This document shows positions 11,257-24,100 of a stretch of DNA of 64,000 bases, piece after piece (the stretch's first letter is position 1; each line of letters begins with the position of its first letter). The position numbers were made by a program, and so were the translations under genes. Under the pieces are notes generated by a model, which was given only the letters and a program-made list of their open reading frames with translations, was not told the origin of the DNA and did not search any database. Origin of the DNA: Balanoglossus misakiensis (lineage: Eukaryota > Animalia > Hemichordata); contig CM082579.2 in the NCBI GenBank assembly GCA_040954595.2, forward strand, positions 11,781,834 to 11,845,833, in the 5' to 3' direction.

Positions 11257-13354
11257 ATGGAGTTCAAAGAGGCGTTGACATTTTCACTGCGCAGATTCAA
11301 CCCTAGAATGGTATCGTTGAAGGAAAAACAAATCGAAGCAATTGAAAACATATACGAAGGAAAGGATGTCGTTGCTATCCTGCCTACCGGATATGGCAAG
11401 TCCATGATTTACCAGATTTTGCCGTATCTTTTCTCCTACAAAAAATACGGCCATGCTGATCCGTGCAAGTGTATTGTTCTTGTCATTTCACCATTAAATG
11501 CGCTGATAAGGGACCAAGTAGAAAAATTGCGCTGTCTTGGAATAAGAGCTACCTGTCTTGATGTTAAGGAAACTGATGATGAAGAAGATGAATTGTGTTT
11601 CGGTGACAATTTTACGGACGTAGAGTGTGGAAATGTTCACATATTATTTGCTCATCCCGAGGCAATCGTTTCAAATAAGAAGGGCAGATCTTTGCTTTTG
11701 AAAAAGGAATACAAAGAAAATATAGTGGCGGTAGCTGTGGATGAAGCCCATTGCTGTGTTGACTGGTAAGTTTCTTTCTTAATTAAAGTCTAATATATAT
11801 CAATCCCACTGGTATGTCTGACAGCTCTAAACCAACAGTTTAAGTGCATTTGTTGCCAAGAAGGCAATTGTCATTTCCAAGTAATAGTAATAGTAACAGT
11901 ACTATTACTTGGAATGAAATGATGATTTGTTTGCCAGAACTGTCTTTTTGGCAGAAAAGCCCACTTTGGTAGTGATACTAATGCCATTCAAATGTTGGTT
12001 TAGAGCTGTTAAACATCTTGGCAACCCGTGGGATTGTGGAATCGGCCTTTAAAGTCTGTGTGTTATATACAAAGTAAAAATAGTAATTGAATAATATATT
12101 CAATATAAGCATCCAATTTATATATTTTTAGAAGGGTGTCACTCTAAAATGTTGTCAATTTTTTTTAAAAATGTAATCATGCCATGGCACGGATTTGCTT
12201 AGTTTTTCACATGCAAATAAAATTGTAGGTAAGATTATATTATCATTATTCACCATAATTTGTAAAAATTGCTAACAATGAAATTTCAAAGGCTAGATGA
12301 AAAACTTTTACTTGAGTTCTACCAAGTACATGTAGATCATCATACATGTATTACAATAAATATTTAAAGAGATATATACTTATTAAGTTTTTTCACACTC
12401 ACAATAATGTGGCTTGTAGAGCATCATCTAAAATTCTATCATTATATATCAATAATTAAACTGTTCTTTGTGTTTTCTGTTTCCAGGGGACATGACTTTC
12501 GCCCAGATTACTCACGGCTGTGTGTTTTGGCATCACTTTTCCCAGATGTACCACACCTGGCTTTAACAGCAACAGCCACAAAGAAGTATGAAAGTGTGAT
12601 TTCATCATCACTGTGTCTGAATGAGCCTGTCATCATCAGAGAAAACCCAAACAGACCAAACATAACTTTTGAAAAGTTTGTACGGCCACCTCGAGGCAAG
12701 GAAAGTTTCAAAGCCATCTTAGAACCTCTAGCGAAAGATTTGAAAGAAAAGACACTTGAATTTCCACTGACTTTTATTTACTTACCATTAGAATGGTGTG
12801 GCTATGCATTTGTTCTATTTTCCCATATTCTTGGCAATGATCAATACCAACCAACAGGATGTGAAAGAATCCCATCATTTCGACTTTTCAATCAATATCA
12901 TGCACCGCAAACTGAAATGATGAAAACTGAAATTCTGTCATCTTTAATGTCTACCTCATCATCTATTCGTGTTGTTTTCGCCACTGTTGCTCTTGGTATG
13001 GGTCTTGACTGCCCACGAATTCATCAAGTAATTCACATTGGTGTTCCTAGGACTATGGAAAGTTACTTTCAAGAAACTGGTAGGGCAGGGAGGGATGGGA
13101 ATCCAGCCAAGGCAATTCTCTATTACAATAATTCTGACATAGCTAGTAACAAGAGGGGTATGTCTGATGCAATGCGACACTACTGTAAAAATGAGGATGG
13201 AATTTGCTTGAGGAAACAGATATTGAATTATTTTGACTTTGATAAACCAGAGACAGAGAGACCTGATCATTTTTGTTGTTCAGTATGTGAGGAGCACTGT
13301 TCATGTTTATCATGTCGATGTGTTGAAAATGTGGAAATGGAAGTAGTGAATTAA
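11257..13354 (+). CDS. RecQ-like SF2 helicase of AcademH; exons 11257-11765 and 12487-13354 (458 aa)
   Basis: LPTGYGKS, ISPLNALIRDQ, DEAH..W/GHDFRP (split by a GT-AG intron), ALTAT, ATVALGMGLD, QETGRAGRDG, and a C-terminal Cys cluster. Confidence 0.92.
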
Positions 13355-15221
13355 AGAGGCTTACATGTAGGCTGCAACTGAAAAAAATGCCTTCTCGCTT
13401 TGTCATGATTGGTGGTTCAACATCATTTTAGTGAATCAACCCAACAGTAGTCATGAATAGTGAATTAAAAGCACAAATACATATATTCAAATACTTTTTA
13501 CTTCAAATGTATATACATGTACAAGTTTATTGATTTTGAAAGAAATCAATTTGAACTTACGATTGGAATAAAGTCTACCAAATAAACTACATGAAGTCTT
13601 ATTCTATCTTGTGTATGTGTAATTATTTGCAAATATCAAGACAACATTGAAATATTTACACACAATATACATTTACAAGTATGAAAAGAGTGATTTTTTC
13701 AGTAGTAATTCTTTCCACTGTAATATTATGTGATGCTAGTGCTAGATATATTCAATGTTTAAAGGCCCATATTGCTTCAAAATGTGCATTTTGGCTTCAG
13801 ATTTTGTTTGAAATGAGAAGTTTCACAAATTATACTACTTACTGAAACATTGCTAAGAACCACTGATACTTTGTTTGTGGAACTCTAACGTTATCGTCAA
13901 TGATAATAAATTTAAAAATTGCTCCAAACTCAAAAGCACTTCTCAAATTCACCGAATTATTCAGTATCACTTTGATCGCCAATGTCAAAAGTACCAACTT
14001 CATTTTAAATAACCATAACATGTTGTCTGATCCAGGTGTAGAACTGTGGAATTGTTAAAGCTGTTCAAGAGGACTGAGGCTAATATCTGGGAAACGTCAT
14101 GCTGGTAAGTAATTATATAATAATAAATTATTTAGGCAAATATTGATATGTAATGAATTATTTTCGTGCTGATGATCTGAAATTTTACTACTATTTATCA
14201 CAGTCTCAAGAGTAATATGGTTCATATTTTACAGGCCTTCATGTCATGATTCATCATTCAACGAAGAATTTGAAATCATGGAAAACATATTGAACTGTCT
14301 GAGTTCATAGAGAAACCATTTTTCTAAAGAGAGAAGGGCTACAATTGATGATTTAGATGCCGAGGTAAGTATCAAACAGTACCACCTTAATGGTGGCAAA
14401 GCATGCACACACATCCACACACACACACACGTACCCACACACAGTCACCTACCCACTCATACATGTCTTCATCACAAAGTGACTATACCTGTTGTTAACC
14501 CACGTAGTGACAACACCATGAAGGAGTGGGTTTAGATACATCTTTAGGCCTCGGCTATTGAATGCCGTAATAAACTTTGTGAGGGCCCTCACTTTGTAGG
14601 CACTGTCATCACTTCGTGGGTGCATCTTCATGTTGACGTCATCACTTTGTATGGAAGGCAAACGCACACACACATACACACACAAAAATCACCCATCCAT
14701 CCACACACACACACACACATAAATACACAAACACAATCATATCTGCATATGTAAAAACATATCAATGACCTTAACATGTCATAATTTTATTAACATTATT
14801 CAAAATTTAGGAATATTACTTTAAGTGAAAGTTATTTATGTCCATGATACATTTGTATTAATAAAGATATTTTCCAAAATGAGAAAGTATTTACAATTAA
14901 GTAATGATTTACACTGATATACATGATATTTTCCCAATATTGTATGTAAATTCAAATATTTACTAGTGTACTTTTTGCTATATACATGACATAATTATTC
15001 TGAATCTGTGATACTACAGATGCAGCAGTCTGTGACATTGTTTACAAAATTTATAAAAAATGTGAAATAAATGAAATTAGAACAGAGTACAAACTCCTGT
15101 CTTGGCAGGAAAGTTAGCAAAAGCTGTAATAAATTTCTTTATCAGAAAGGGTAATAACAACATTACTGCCACTAACAAGACCAGAAATATTTACAAAGCA
15201 TTTTGTGAAATTACTCTGAAC

Positions 15222-18200
15222 TTATTCAGAATCACTGTGACTGTCCTCACTGTCACTTTCAACCACACCAACTTCATTTTGAATTTCCATGACCTTTCCT
15301 CTTATCCAGGTGTTTAATTGTGGAATCTTGAGCCGTTCAAGAGGACTGAGAGCAATATTTGGGAAATGATCATGCCTGCGACCTGGTGTTACCTTAAATG
15401 GACGCAAGTGTCTAAGGTCATCCAATACAACATTCATATCTGCAGTTTCACTTTTACATGTGTGATCTGTCTTCTCAGGTTTAATGTGGGTTACATCATC
15501 AAAGTTTCTTACAATATCATGCAGCCCACATGCTGCCTTTGATGCTCTTGTGATTGCTTTCTCAGTCTTTTTAGCTCCCATAGCTTTGACGATTCCCTTG
15601 AAGAAGTTGTTGTGGAGTTCATTGCATAAATCAACTGGATAATTATTTCCATCACCTCCCCTCTGATTAACACACCTACCCCAGAGAACACGCTGTGCCA
15701 TCTGATGTGAAAGAACTACTTGTGCCTGGGCTATTTTGTTGACAGCTTCTATGGCATAATTAGAGTGGTGTGATGCTTTAGCTTTGAAGTACATCAACAG
15801 ATATTTCCAGTTGATTAAATCCCTGTCTCCATCCCCTTCTTTATGGGTGTCATCGAGTTGAAGGAACATCAACCCCAATTCCAGAATTTGGCGACTGTAC
15901 AGTCTTACTCTATCTGTGTTTTCCGTTGTTTCTAGTGTATCTGTTGGGTGTTGACAAGCATAATTATGCTCTCCAACTTCTTGTACTCTATTATTTGACA
16001 CGTATTCAAGATAAGTGCCATGGTGTGCAAGGGAGTATGAGTGTTCTTGCCGAGTGGCAACGGGAGATGCATCTAAATCTGTCACAGTGTCGTCGTTAGT
16101 TCTCCCCAGTTCCATTGTTGTATCAGGTATGATGAATTCATCGACGAACTTGCCAATAACTCTGTTTATGTATTCTTTCTTAATAGATGTTGTTGCTGAT
16201 GCAGATGGAGGATGATGATGTTTCGGTTTGCTGGTGGTGCTTTCCATCTCAAAAAACTCCAGTGCACCCTCAATTACAAAACTTGTGACAACCAGTACCA
16301 TAAACTGCTTTACTGCATCATAGTTCTTATTTGCATCACTAGGTACGTTGTTCCGTTGTAGCAGTTCTCTGCAGTATTTAAGTGTACCCCTGTCACGTGA
16401 CGAATCCTGTTTGAATAGTTCCTGCCACAAGACGGCAAGAAAAGCTCTTTTTGTATGCCTATTTTCAATGACAACAGGATTGACATGCTCAAGTCTGTCT
16501 GCATTTGTGTGACCACCGTCACGAATGAACTTGCTCTTTTGAGCTCGTATCCTGGTTAGTTCATCGCCACCAAAAGGAACATTTTGGCATTCTTCATCGG
16601 CTTCTGCAAAGACTTGTGTCACAAACTGTTCGATAAATTCTTGTATGTCAACCATGTCACTATATTTCTTCTCATCCTTAAATTGAATAGGCAAGTTGTA
16701 GATTTTTAATTTTTGCCTCATTTCTGCTGAAAATTTATGAACTATGTGTGATGGGACTACTGATGATAGATGCTCAAAGCTCTGCAGATGTTTAGTAAGA
16801 ATGCGAGACACAAGAACAATAAAATCTGCCCTTAATTTGTTTCGTTCATCCTGATTCGGAAGGAATGCAGATGGAGGCACATCCTTTAAAGTTCCCTGAG
16901 GCTTAGTATCTAAAGATGAAAAATCAATGCGCTCAAATTGCAGTATTAACGTGAACCAATGGTGATCACGATTTCTGTTGCCGAGAAGCATTTGGCGTAC
17001 GTTTTCTTTCATATCCAGATTATCACCAGTTATTTGAAATTTCAGTCCATTTTTGATGTTTTCAATAATTTCTTTCTGGTATCCTTCTCCCACTTCATCA
17101 AGGATGTTCAGTTGTTGCTGGTGACAAAGGCTTATACCAAGTTTGTTGAACCTCTCATACATCTGGAATGGAAAAGATGGATGAATGATTTGGATGAAGG
17201 AAAATGTAAGAAAATGTAAGTATTTATCTAGAGACAGCATGTAGACTGTTGCTGAGCTCTGTCATATTAGTTAGATAAATGGAGACACCTTTCAAAGCTC
17301 TATCAAGTAGACTGGTGCTACGTTTCAACCCATTCAATGGGATTTAGCATACAAGATTTCCCACAATTCTGTTTGATTCTAGTCTTCAAACAATGTGTAG
17401 ATGAATGCAAAGCCTTTGCGCAACAAACATTCAAGAATACAAATCAAGGAGAGTTTCTGGGTAATATACTGTAAAGTTTAATCCTTAGTCTCTATATTCT
17501 TACCTTCGAGTCAGCTTTTCCAGCACTGAGAATCATAGTGTTAAGTCGTTGCACCATACTCATCTCACGGTTTCGCTGCTGCATTAATATTCCATATACC
17601 AAACACAATGGATAGATTCTGGCATTTCCAGAGCGATGTGTATTCCGTGCTTCCCTCTCAGAGGGTATGGCAACTGTTGTGAGTACATCTAATAGAAATG
17701 GCACTCTCTCTTTCATTTCTTGCAGGATTGGTGTCCACTCAAATTCTGTCAAGTTTGATGGAGTCTTTCGCCTAGTTATTATATGCAAGGATAAAATAGA
17801 TTAGACTATCAGTTGTATCCAGTGAAGACCTCAGCTATTCACAAAGCTCTTAGAAAGAAATAAAAATTCTACAATCTCCCTATTCAATGAGTGGTGTCCT
17901 GGTGGTGATGAACTGACATGAATACAGGCTTACAAGAGCAAAGTCATTTGTGATGGTGGTCGCACAAAACAGAAACTATTTTGAATTCTGATCTAAAATA
18001 AAGTTGATACTTGTCCAAAACTTGCTGAAAAATTAAAGAAATGTTGTTGTTTTTTTTAAATTTTGTCAGGAAAATTTATAATCAAGAAAGATAGTTTGTC
18101 TTGATGTGCTGTCGACATATTTTTTTCATGTTTAGCTATTTATCTCATTAATAGTTTTTTAGAAGCATTCAAAAACATTCCACCATGAAAGTCACCAAAA

Positions 18201-19867
18201 AACCACCAGTGAACCTGCATCACCTCATTAAATGATGGCTACATATAGTAACGTTTTAAAAAATTATTGGCATGAATCATAGTTTCAACTTGCAATAAAA
18301 CAGTCTTCAATTTACAGTCAAAACAAGAAAGTGTGGTGCTTTTTTTCCCTCATGTCTGTCACACAAGTTTCTGTATGTCATGATATTTTTAGTTTTATTA
18401 GTCCCCGTCGGACAAATATTTCCTTTACTTTGCATACCTCAACACTGATGATTTCCCGTCGCTTTTCTTTGATAAATCTTCACACTCTCGCTTTAAATCC
18501 TGTAAATATCTCCCTTTGATGGCATTCTTCAAAACATGTATTTTAAGTGTAGCAGCAGCAATGACTTGTGGAATGCCAGTGCTGATGGCCTTCTGTAGTG
18601 AGGATATCTCAACCTGTTAAAAAAAGAAATGAAAGTCAACATAGTTATGTATACACAAATATATGATTGTACATGTAACTTCATTTAACTTGAAAACAGA
18701 ATTTTATAAATACCAAATAATATATGTGCAGGAATAGATCAAAGAACGGAAAATATACCGTCTTAAGTGGTAGGCTGAGGTTAGCTTCTGACAATAAGGG
18801 ATTTCTCAAGCCACTTGTTTCTAGAATGCAGGTGCTGTCACTCTGGATTGTACTGTTGTTATTGTTGTTGTTGTTGCTGCTGCTGCTGCAAACATTGGGG
18901 CCAGTTGGTCTGGGCAATATTGGCCGATGTGTTGTGCTGGTACTAGTGGTAGTCACATTTGTATATGTGACTCCTGAAGAAGAATTATAAATTGAGTATT
19001 GTAATTTTTTTAATTGTGGATTTTTGGATTCTCCTTTGTATGTATAATGAAAATCCGTAATAAAATATAGGGGTCACCGTGCTTGTTTTTGAAATAAAGA
19101 GCCATGAATTTAGTCGATAATAGAAGAAAACTGCTGACTCAGCATTTTTGACCAATGGTTTGTCTATGGGCAAAAATTATGATGCAATTTATCTAAAAAT
19201 AGAGCGCGGTGACCCCTATATTTTATTTGACCAATGAATTTATATTTGCTGGACTGAGCTACATTGTATGTGTAAAATTTCGTGAAAATGACAATAGTAG
19301 AAGTTTGTTTTCTAGCAATTTTCAATGTAATCCTATGCGAAAAAGACCGGGCGCGCACTGTTTCCAGTTTATGTTCTGCGCTAGTCTTTTTTTTTCAATT
19401 ATTATAGTAGAGAAAGAAGAATACCAGCAGATTGTTTTCATTTGAAAATAATTCTTTCATGTACACAAAACAGTTATTATGCAATGAAACCGCAATGGTA
19501 AATTATATTTCCCTGCTTTTCAGAGATTTTTACATATACATCTACCCGCATTTCACTTGAAACAAAATAACAAGTATTCATCCATCAAAATACGGCTAAT
19601 ATAAAAGGTTTCGAACTTACTGCTATTATTGCAAATAGACTTGAACTCAGAAATCTTTTCATGGATTTTCACAACTTTGTAATTACACTTCGGGCAAATG
19701 GCCTGGTCTTTATTCTCAGAAAGGCAAACGTCTCCCCACTCTTGCAAACAGCGTGAAATGTCGATGTCAGCGTTACGACCGTGTACCAAACTATAGTGTT
19801 TGTCGTCTAACACTTTGCCACAGGCCACGCAACTTCTTAAAAGCGAAGACGTGTTGAAAGAAGACAT
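15222..19867 (-). CDS. Academ transposase; exons 19867-19621, 18973-18759, 18613-18438, 17771-17504, 17162-15222 (948 aa)
   Basis: All four introns are GT-AG with compatible phases (1,0,2,0) and no stops. N-terminal CxxC..CxxC finger; putative catalytic motifs GDNLD, GGDELT and DLCNELHN. Confidence 0.85.
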
Positions 19868-20371
19868 TTTGACCAGTTTACGACATTACAAAAACGACGT
19901 AACGAAAAACAGGACACTTTTTGTCGTCTGCTCGTCTCGAGACTGCTTCCGGGTAAACAATGGTAAAGCTGTCGCGTTGACTTGTTGCCCCTAGCGATTC
20001 TAATTTGAATATTCATTGCGTGATATGGGCGGACCAATCAGAATGTTCGCTCAAACGGATTTGGAGAGACGTCTTGCCGTGTCTCTGAAAAGCCAAAGGT
20101 CATTGACGGCGCCCTCTGGAGAGGCAAGGCCGTAAAGATTATTACTATGCCTGATGTGCAGAAAACGAATTCTGCACGACCGCGATCGAGTGTTTTTCTA
20201 TATGGGACGAACTATAGTCCCATTTGATTTTCTCAAATTGATGGCGATTTTCAATGAAATAAATATCTAAATATTCGTTCTATGTGATTTTTTTCCTGGT
20301 TCAAGCTTTAATTATGACTAGCGAACACAGCAAAGTGAGCCGAAAATTGACATCGAAATTCAAGATGGCGG

Positions 20372-20761
20372 TAGCCCGGAGACACAGGCGTCGATCTAGA
20401 ATACAACGCCCGGGGACAGTCACGCAAACGCCCGCTGAGCTGAAAGATAGTAGCCCTGGCAACGATCAGGGTCGCTTAGTAACGAATGGATAACGAGTGA
20501 TCTATCAAATGTTGACGGGCGCCAGTGGTTGGATGAAGCTTGGTAAACCACTCCCACATCCCGTTGCGGGAATTTCACACATGACTCCACCTCTATTTCC
20601 TTATTTAGAATGCGATGATGTCATTTGGTTTACATTGAGTGACCAATTAGCTTACACACAAGATTTGCCACCCGTGTCGTTCTGCGCACAGAATTCGGTG
20701 CATAAATAGAGACTGTCCCCGGGCGTTCCTTTTCCCCTACTACGCCTGTGTCTCCCGGCTA
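20372..20761. mobile_element. 390-bp MITE with TAG termini and 9-bp TSD (AcademH-type)
   Basis: TIR tagcccggagacacaggcgt / acgcctgtgtctcccggcta; TSD agatggcgg at 20363-20371 and 20762-20770. Confidence 0.88.
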
Positions 20762-21163
20762 AGATGGCGGCCGCAACGGTCGCCACTTCTAGTAGAGCAA
20801 GGCCGGTCTTTATCGGTACATGTATATTTTTAGCGTACGCAGTTGTTGGTAAAATATATGGCAGAACATCCAAAGCATTGTATTATGTGTAGTTTTTTTA
20901 AAGAAATCATTCTTAGGGCTTTTTTGATATATTTCAACCGCTTAAGTTTTGAAATCTCCCCATGATGTATAATGTATCGATAGGAATGTGCATACATCGC
21001 ATAGCTTCATGTGTTTCCCTGCATGCCAAATTCATTGCCATCGAAAGCGAACTTTACAATGAATCATGTCTTTCTTTATTTCAGGATCAAAGACATTAAC
21101 GTTTCTGAAGATTTCCAGCCTGTCGTGTTTTGTGGTATGCAGTTTTTGGATTGATATAACTGG

Positions 21164-24100
21164 TTGACTCCCGGAGTTGACAAAAAGCATGTTGATGATG
21201 ATTCTTGTCGCATGTGCAATAACATCAAGAGAAGCACACTCCTGAACAGTGAAAGTAAGGAGAGTCTTCTTAAAATAAATAATCTGTTCTATGAAATTGG
21301 TGTTGGTAAATTATCCTTGTCAGCTGGCTTTACAAAAATTAAACATCTTGCTACTGTGCGACTGACAAAGTTGCAAAATTCAGCAAATACTGGGACACAT
21401 TTATCATCTACCATTGGCTTGTTAGCTGCTAAACATGTGCAAGCCTATATGAAAATTCTCAAATTGCTTGAGAAGGTTTACTTGGTATATAGGAATAAAA
21501 AAGAGAAGGCACGGGAAACAAACTTGTCTTGCAAAACCAGGAATTTGTTGTTATCAGTTCATAGACTTACAGATAAGTATAAATATGTCCGATCATTAGC
21601 AAATGTGCGATTGAAAAGCAAGTTTGTAGTGAATCAGCTGACTCTGATTAGAAAGCGATGGCAGATGTATGCAACTGCATCGACAGAAAAGAAGCAGCAT
21701 TTTGTACTTTATGACATCGAAACAAAGTTACGGAAATTGATAAATATGTCGTCTATGCATGTCACACAGGTCTTCTGTGAAGACCATATTTTCAAAGTCT
21801 GTTTTAAATCAAGTCGCATTCCAAACTTAAAGCGTAGAGTTGCACAAAGCACAAAAATGAATGAAGATGATTTCAAGCTATTGTGTAATGGACGACCCTT
21901 GAAACACAACATACCACGCAAAGGTGATATTGTGAGAGTGCACATCTCTGGCAAGGGGGGGGGGGAGCTATAACTAGGGTCAAGGAGGCTCATCCTGATC
22001 AAACTGAATGTGGCCCTTGTGGTAAATGTGGCAAGATTTCTGCAGCAAAATGGTATCATAAGACAAAAAAGGAAGAAAAATACTTGACTTGGTTAGGAAA
22101 AAACTATGCCATAGCTGCTAACACATGTATCTGCAATGCATGCAATCATATCCTTGAGAAAGCATTTAACCAGTACCTGGAGGGCAAAGATACAACACAC
22201 AATGTGGACCTAAGGCGAAGACAGCAAAGCAAATGTACAGTATGTGACAACGAAAGTATTAAAACAAGTACTGTAGATGACAAACAGCTGTTTAGGGCTT
22301 TATTTAACTTTGCTGTCGATGACCCTGAAATGGAAATACCAGTACATGCACCTTTGTGTGGAGATCATTATCCCACATGGGCAAAAAAACGGCACAGGGT
22401 ACATTGTGTAATGCCTGAGTGCAATCGGTGTCTGTATGGTCAGGTTAGACATCCACCTGACGTTTTTTTATTGCTCAATCATTTTAGGGAGCAGGGGGAT
22501 TATCCAAACTTGGTATTAAAATCGGACAGTCCTGTATGTGTGAGTTGTTATATGAAACTTTATCATTTCACCAATGCTCTCAAACAACAACAGCACGGTC
22601 ATGTTTCTGATAATGATAGTCTTATGAAGATAAATGAATCTTTGAATAAAAAAATCAATGATGTAATTTCTAGGGATATTGAAGACATTGCTATTTCAAG
22701 GGCAGGTCTGTTCGTCGGTAAAAAAACTTGTCAATAGAGAGCCACTTCTCTTGACTGAAGTAAAGTCTCACTACCTTGAAAAGATATCAGATGTTTATAG
22801 AGAGAAAGGAATTAATGACAGGCCTTTTGAATTTTACTCTGAGAGGTCATGTACATTTTTGAAATTGGAAATGGCAAAGATTTTTGGCCACCACATCTCC
22901 TTTTCTACTGTGAAATCAGGAGGCACTTTACAACGCAGTTATGGCACTCTCATTCTAAGGTATAGTGCAAATACTAGGGATATTCTTCACAAACAGTATT
23001 TTAATATGTCAAAAACTGTTGATAATTTAGAAACAGCATGTTCTACACTTAGAGCTGAGCTTACACGGAACACGACTTCAACAAATCCAAGCACAATATC
23101 TCTCTTGTTTACAGTTGCTGAAAACTTGTCAGACAGACTTTATTCTCAAGCTGAAAACTTTATTGATAAATACCATAAAATCCCAAATTTATCTTCTATT
23201 GATCTCAAAGAATTGATAAACGAAATTGATCCGGTTCTCTGGAATTTTGTCTGTCTGATAACACAAAGTAAAAAAGAACGCTCAGAGATGTTTCGGAATA
23301 ATTTCACTTGGACAAACCATTACCTAGGCTTTTACAACAGTGGTAGTACTAATAAACACAAGCGATTTCTTCAGTTGTTTTATAATTTGTGTCACTTATT
23401 GTTTTTGAAAAACAACCAATGTACCTACCCGTTACATCTAATTCTTGCAGATAGTATAGACTCTTACAGCGGCTCTACTAAATTGACAACATTACTTAAT
23501 TCATTTGACATTATTTGTTCAAAAACCACTGCAAGAGATCACATGAATACAGTGGTTCATGATATTCTCAAAGAACAATATGTCAGCAATTTCACTGAAG
23601 ATGCATTCTGCATTGCATCATTAGATAATATTGATATCGGACAACCCTATGCATCTGTGACAACAAACTTTAAAAACAGAGACATACATGCAACATCTTA
23701 TCAGGCTGTAGAGCCTAGGCCAGAGTCAATAAAAAATACAAATCAGGACTTCATAACTGCAAGTACAAGGCAGCGATCTTTTTCAGAACTGCATAAAATA
23801 AGAGTGAAAAAAGATAGTAGTTCACTTTTTAGATGTATTGCAGCATGCTCTGCTGTAAAACTCAGGAAATGTGCTAGGACAAGTGATGGCATACCAATTG
23901 ATATTTCACTTTCTGAAATGGAAACTTCTATAGCTTGCAATTTACGAAAATATATTGGTTCAGTATTAGCAAATGATGAACCATACAGGTATTTTGAAGA
24001 AACAATTCCCCTGGATGAACAGCGTTTCCTCTTAACTGAGAATTTTGCTGACTTTGGTACACGTGCTGAAAAGCTGGGCACATCAGGCACACCAGGAGAT

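Larger units (their letters stand above)
10760..20127. mobile_element. AcademH-type DNA transposon, full length (9368 bp)
   Basis: 10-bp TSD ggccgtaaag at 10750-10759 and 20128-20137. Imperfect ~80-bp TIRs (ttccctctccagag...ctctccaaatccgttt vs aaacggatttggagag...ctctggagaggcaa). Convergent RecQ-like helicase and Academ transposase genes. Confidence 0.9.

Noticed and set aside
11802-12035. Foldback sequences in AcademH introns (also 19059-19227) as regulatory RNA structures
   Set aside because: Imperfect inverted repeats without clear TSDs; more likely decayed MITEs, with nothing to support a function.
11257-13354. Host RECQL/BLM/WRN gene
   Set aside because: Minimal helicase core without HRDC or exonuclease domains, lying between TIRs next to a transposase.
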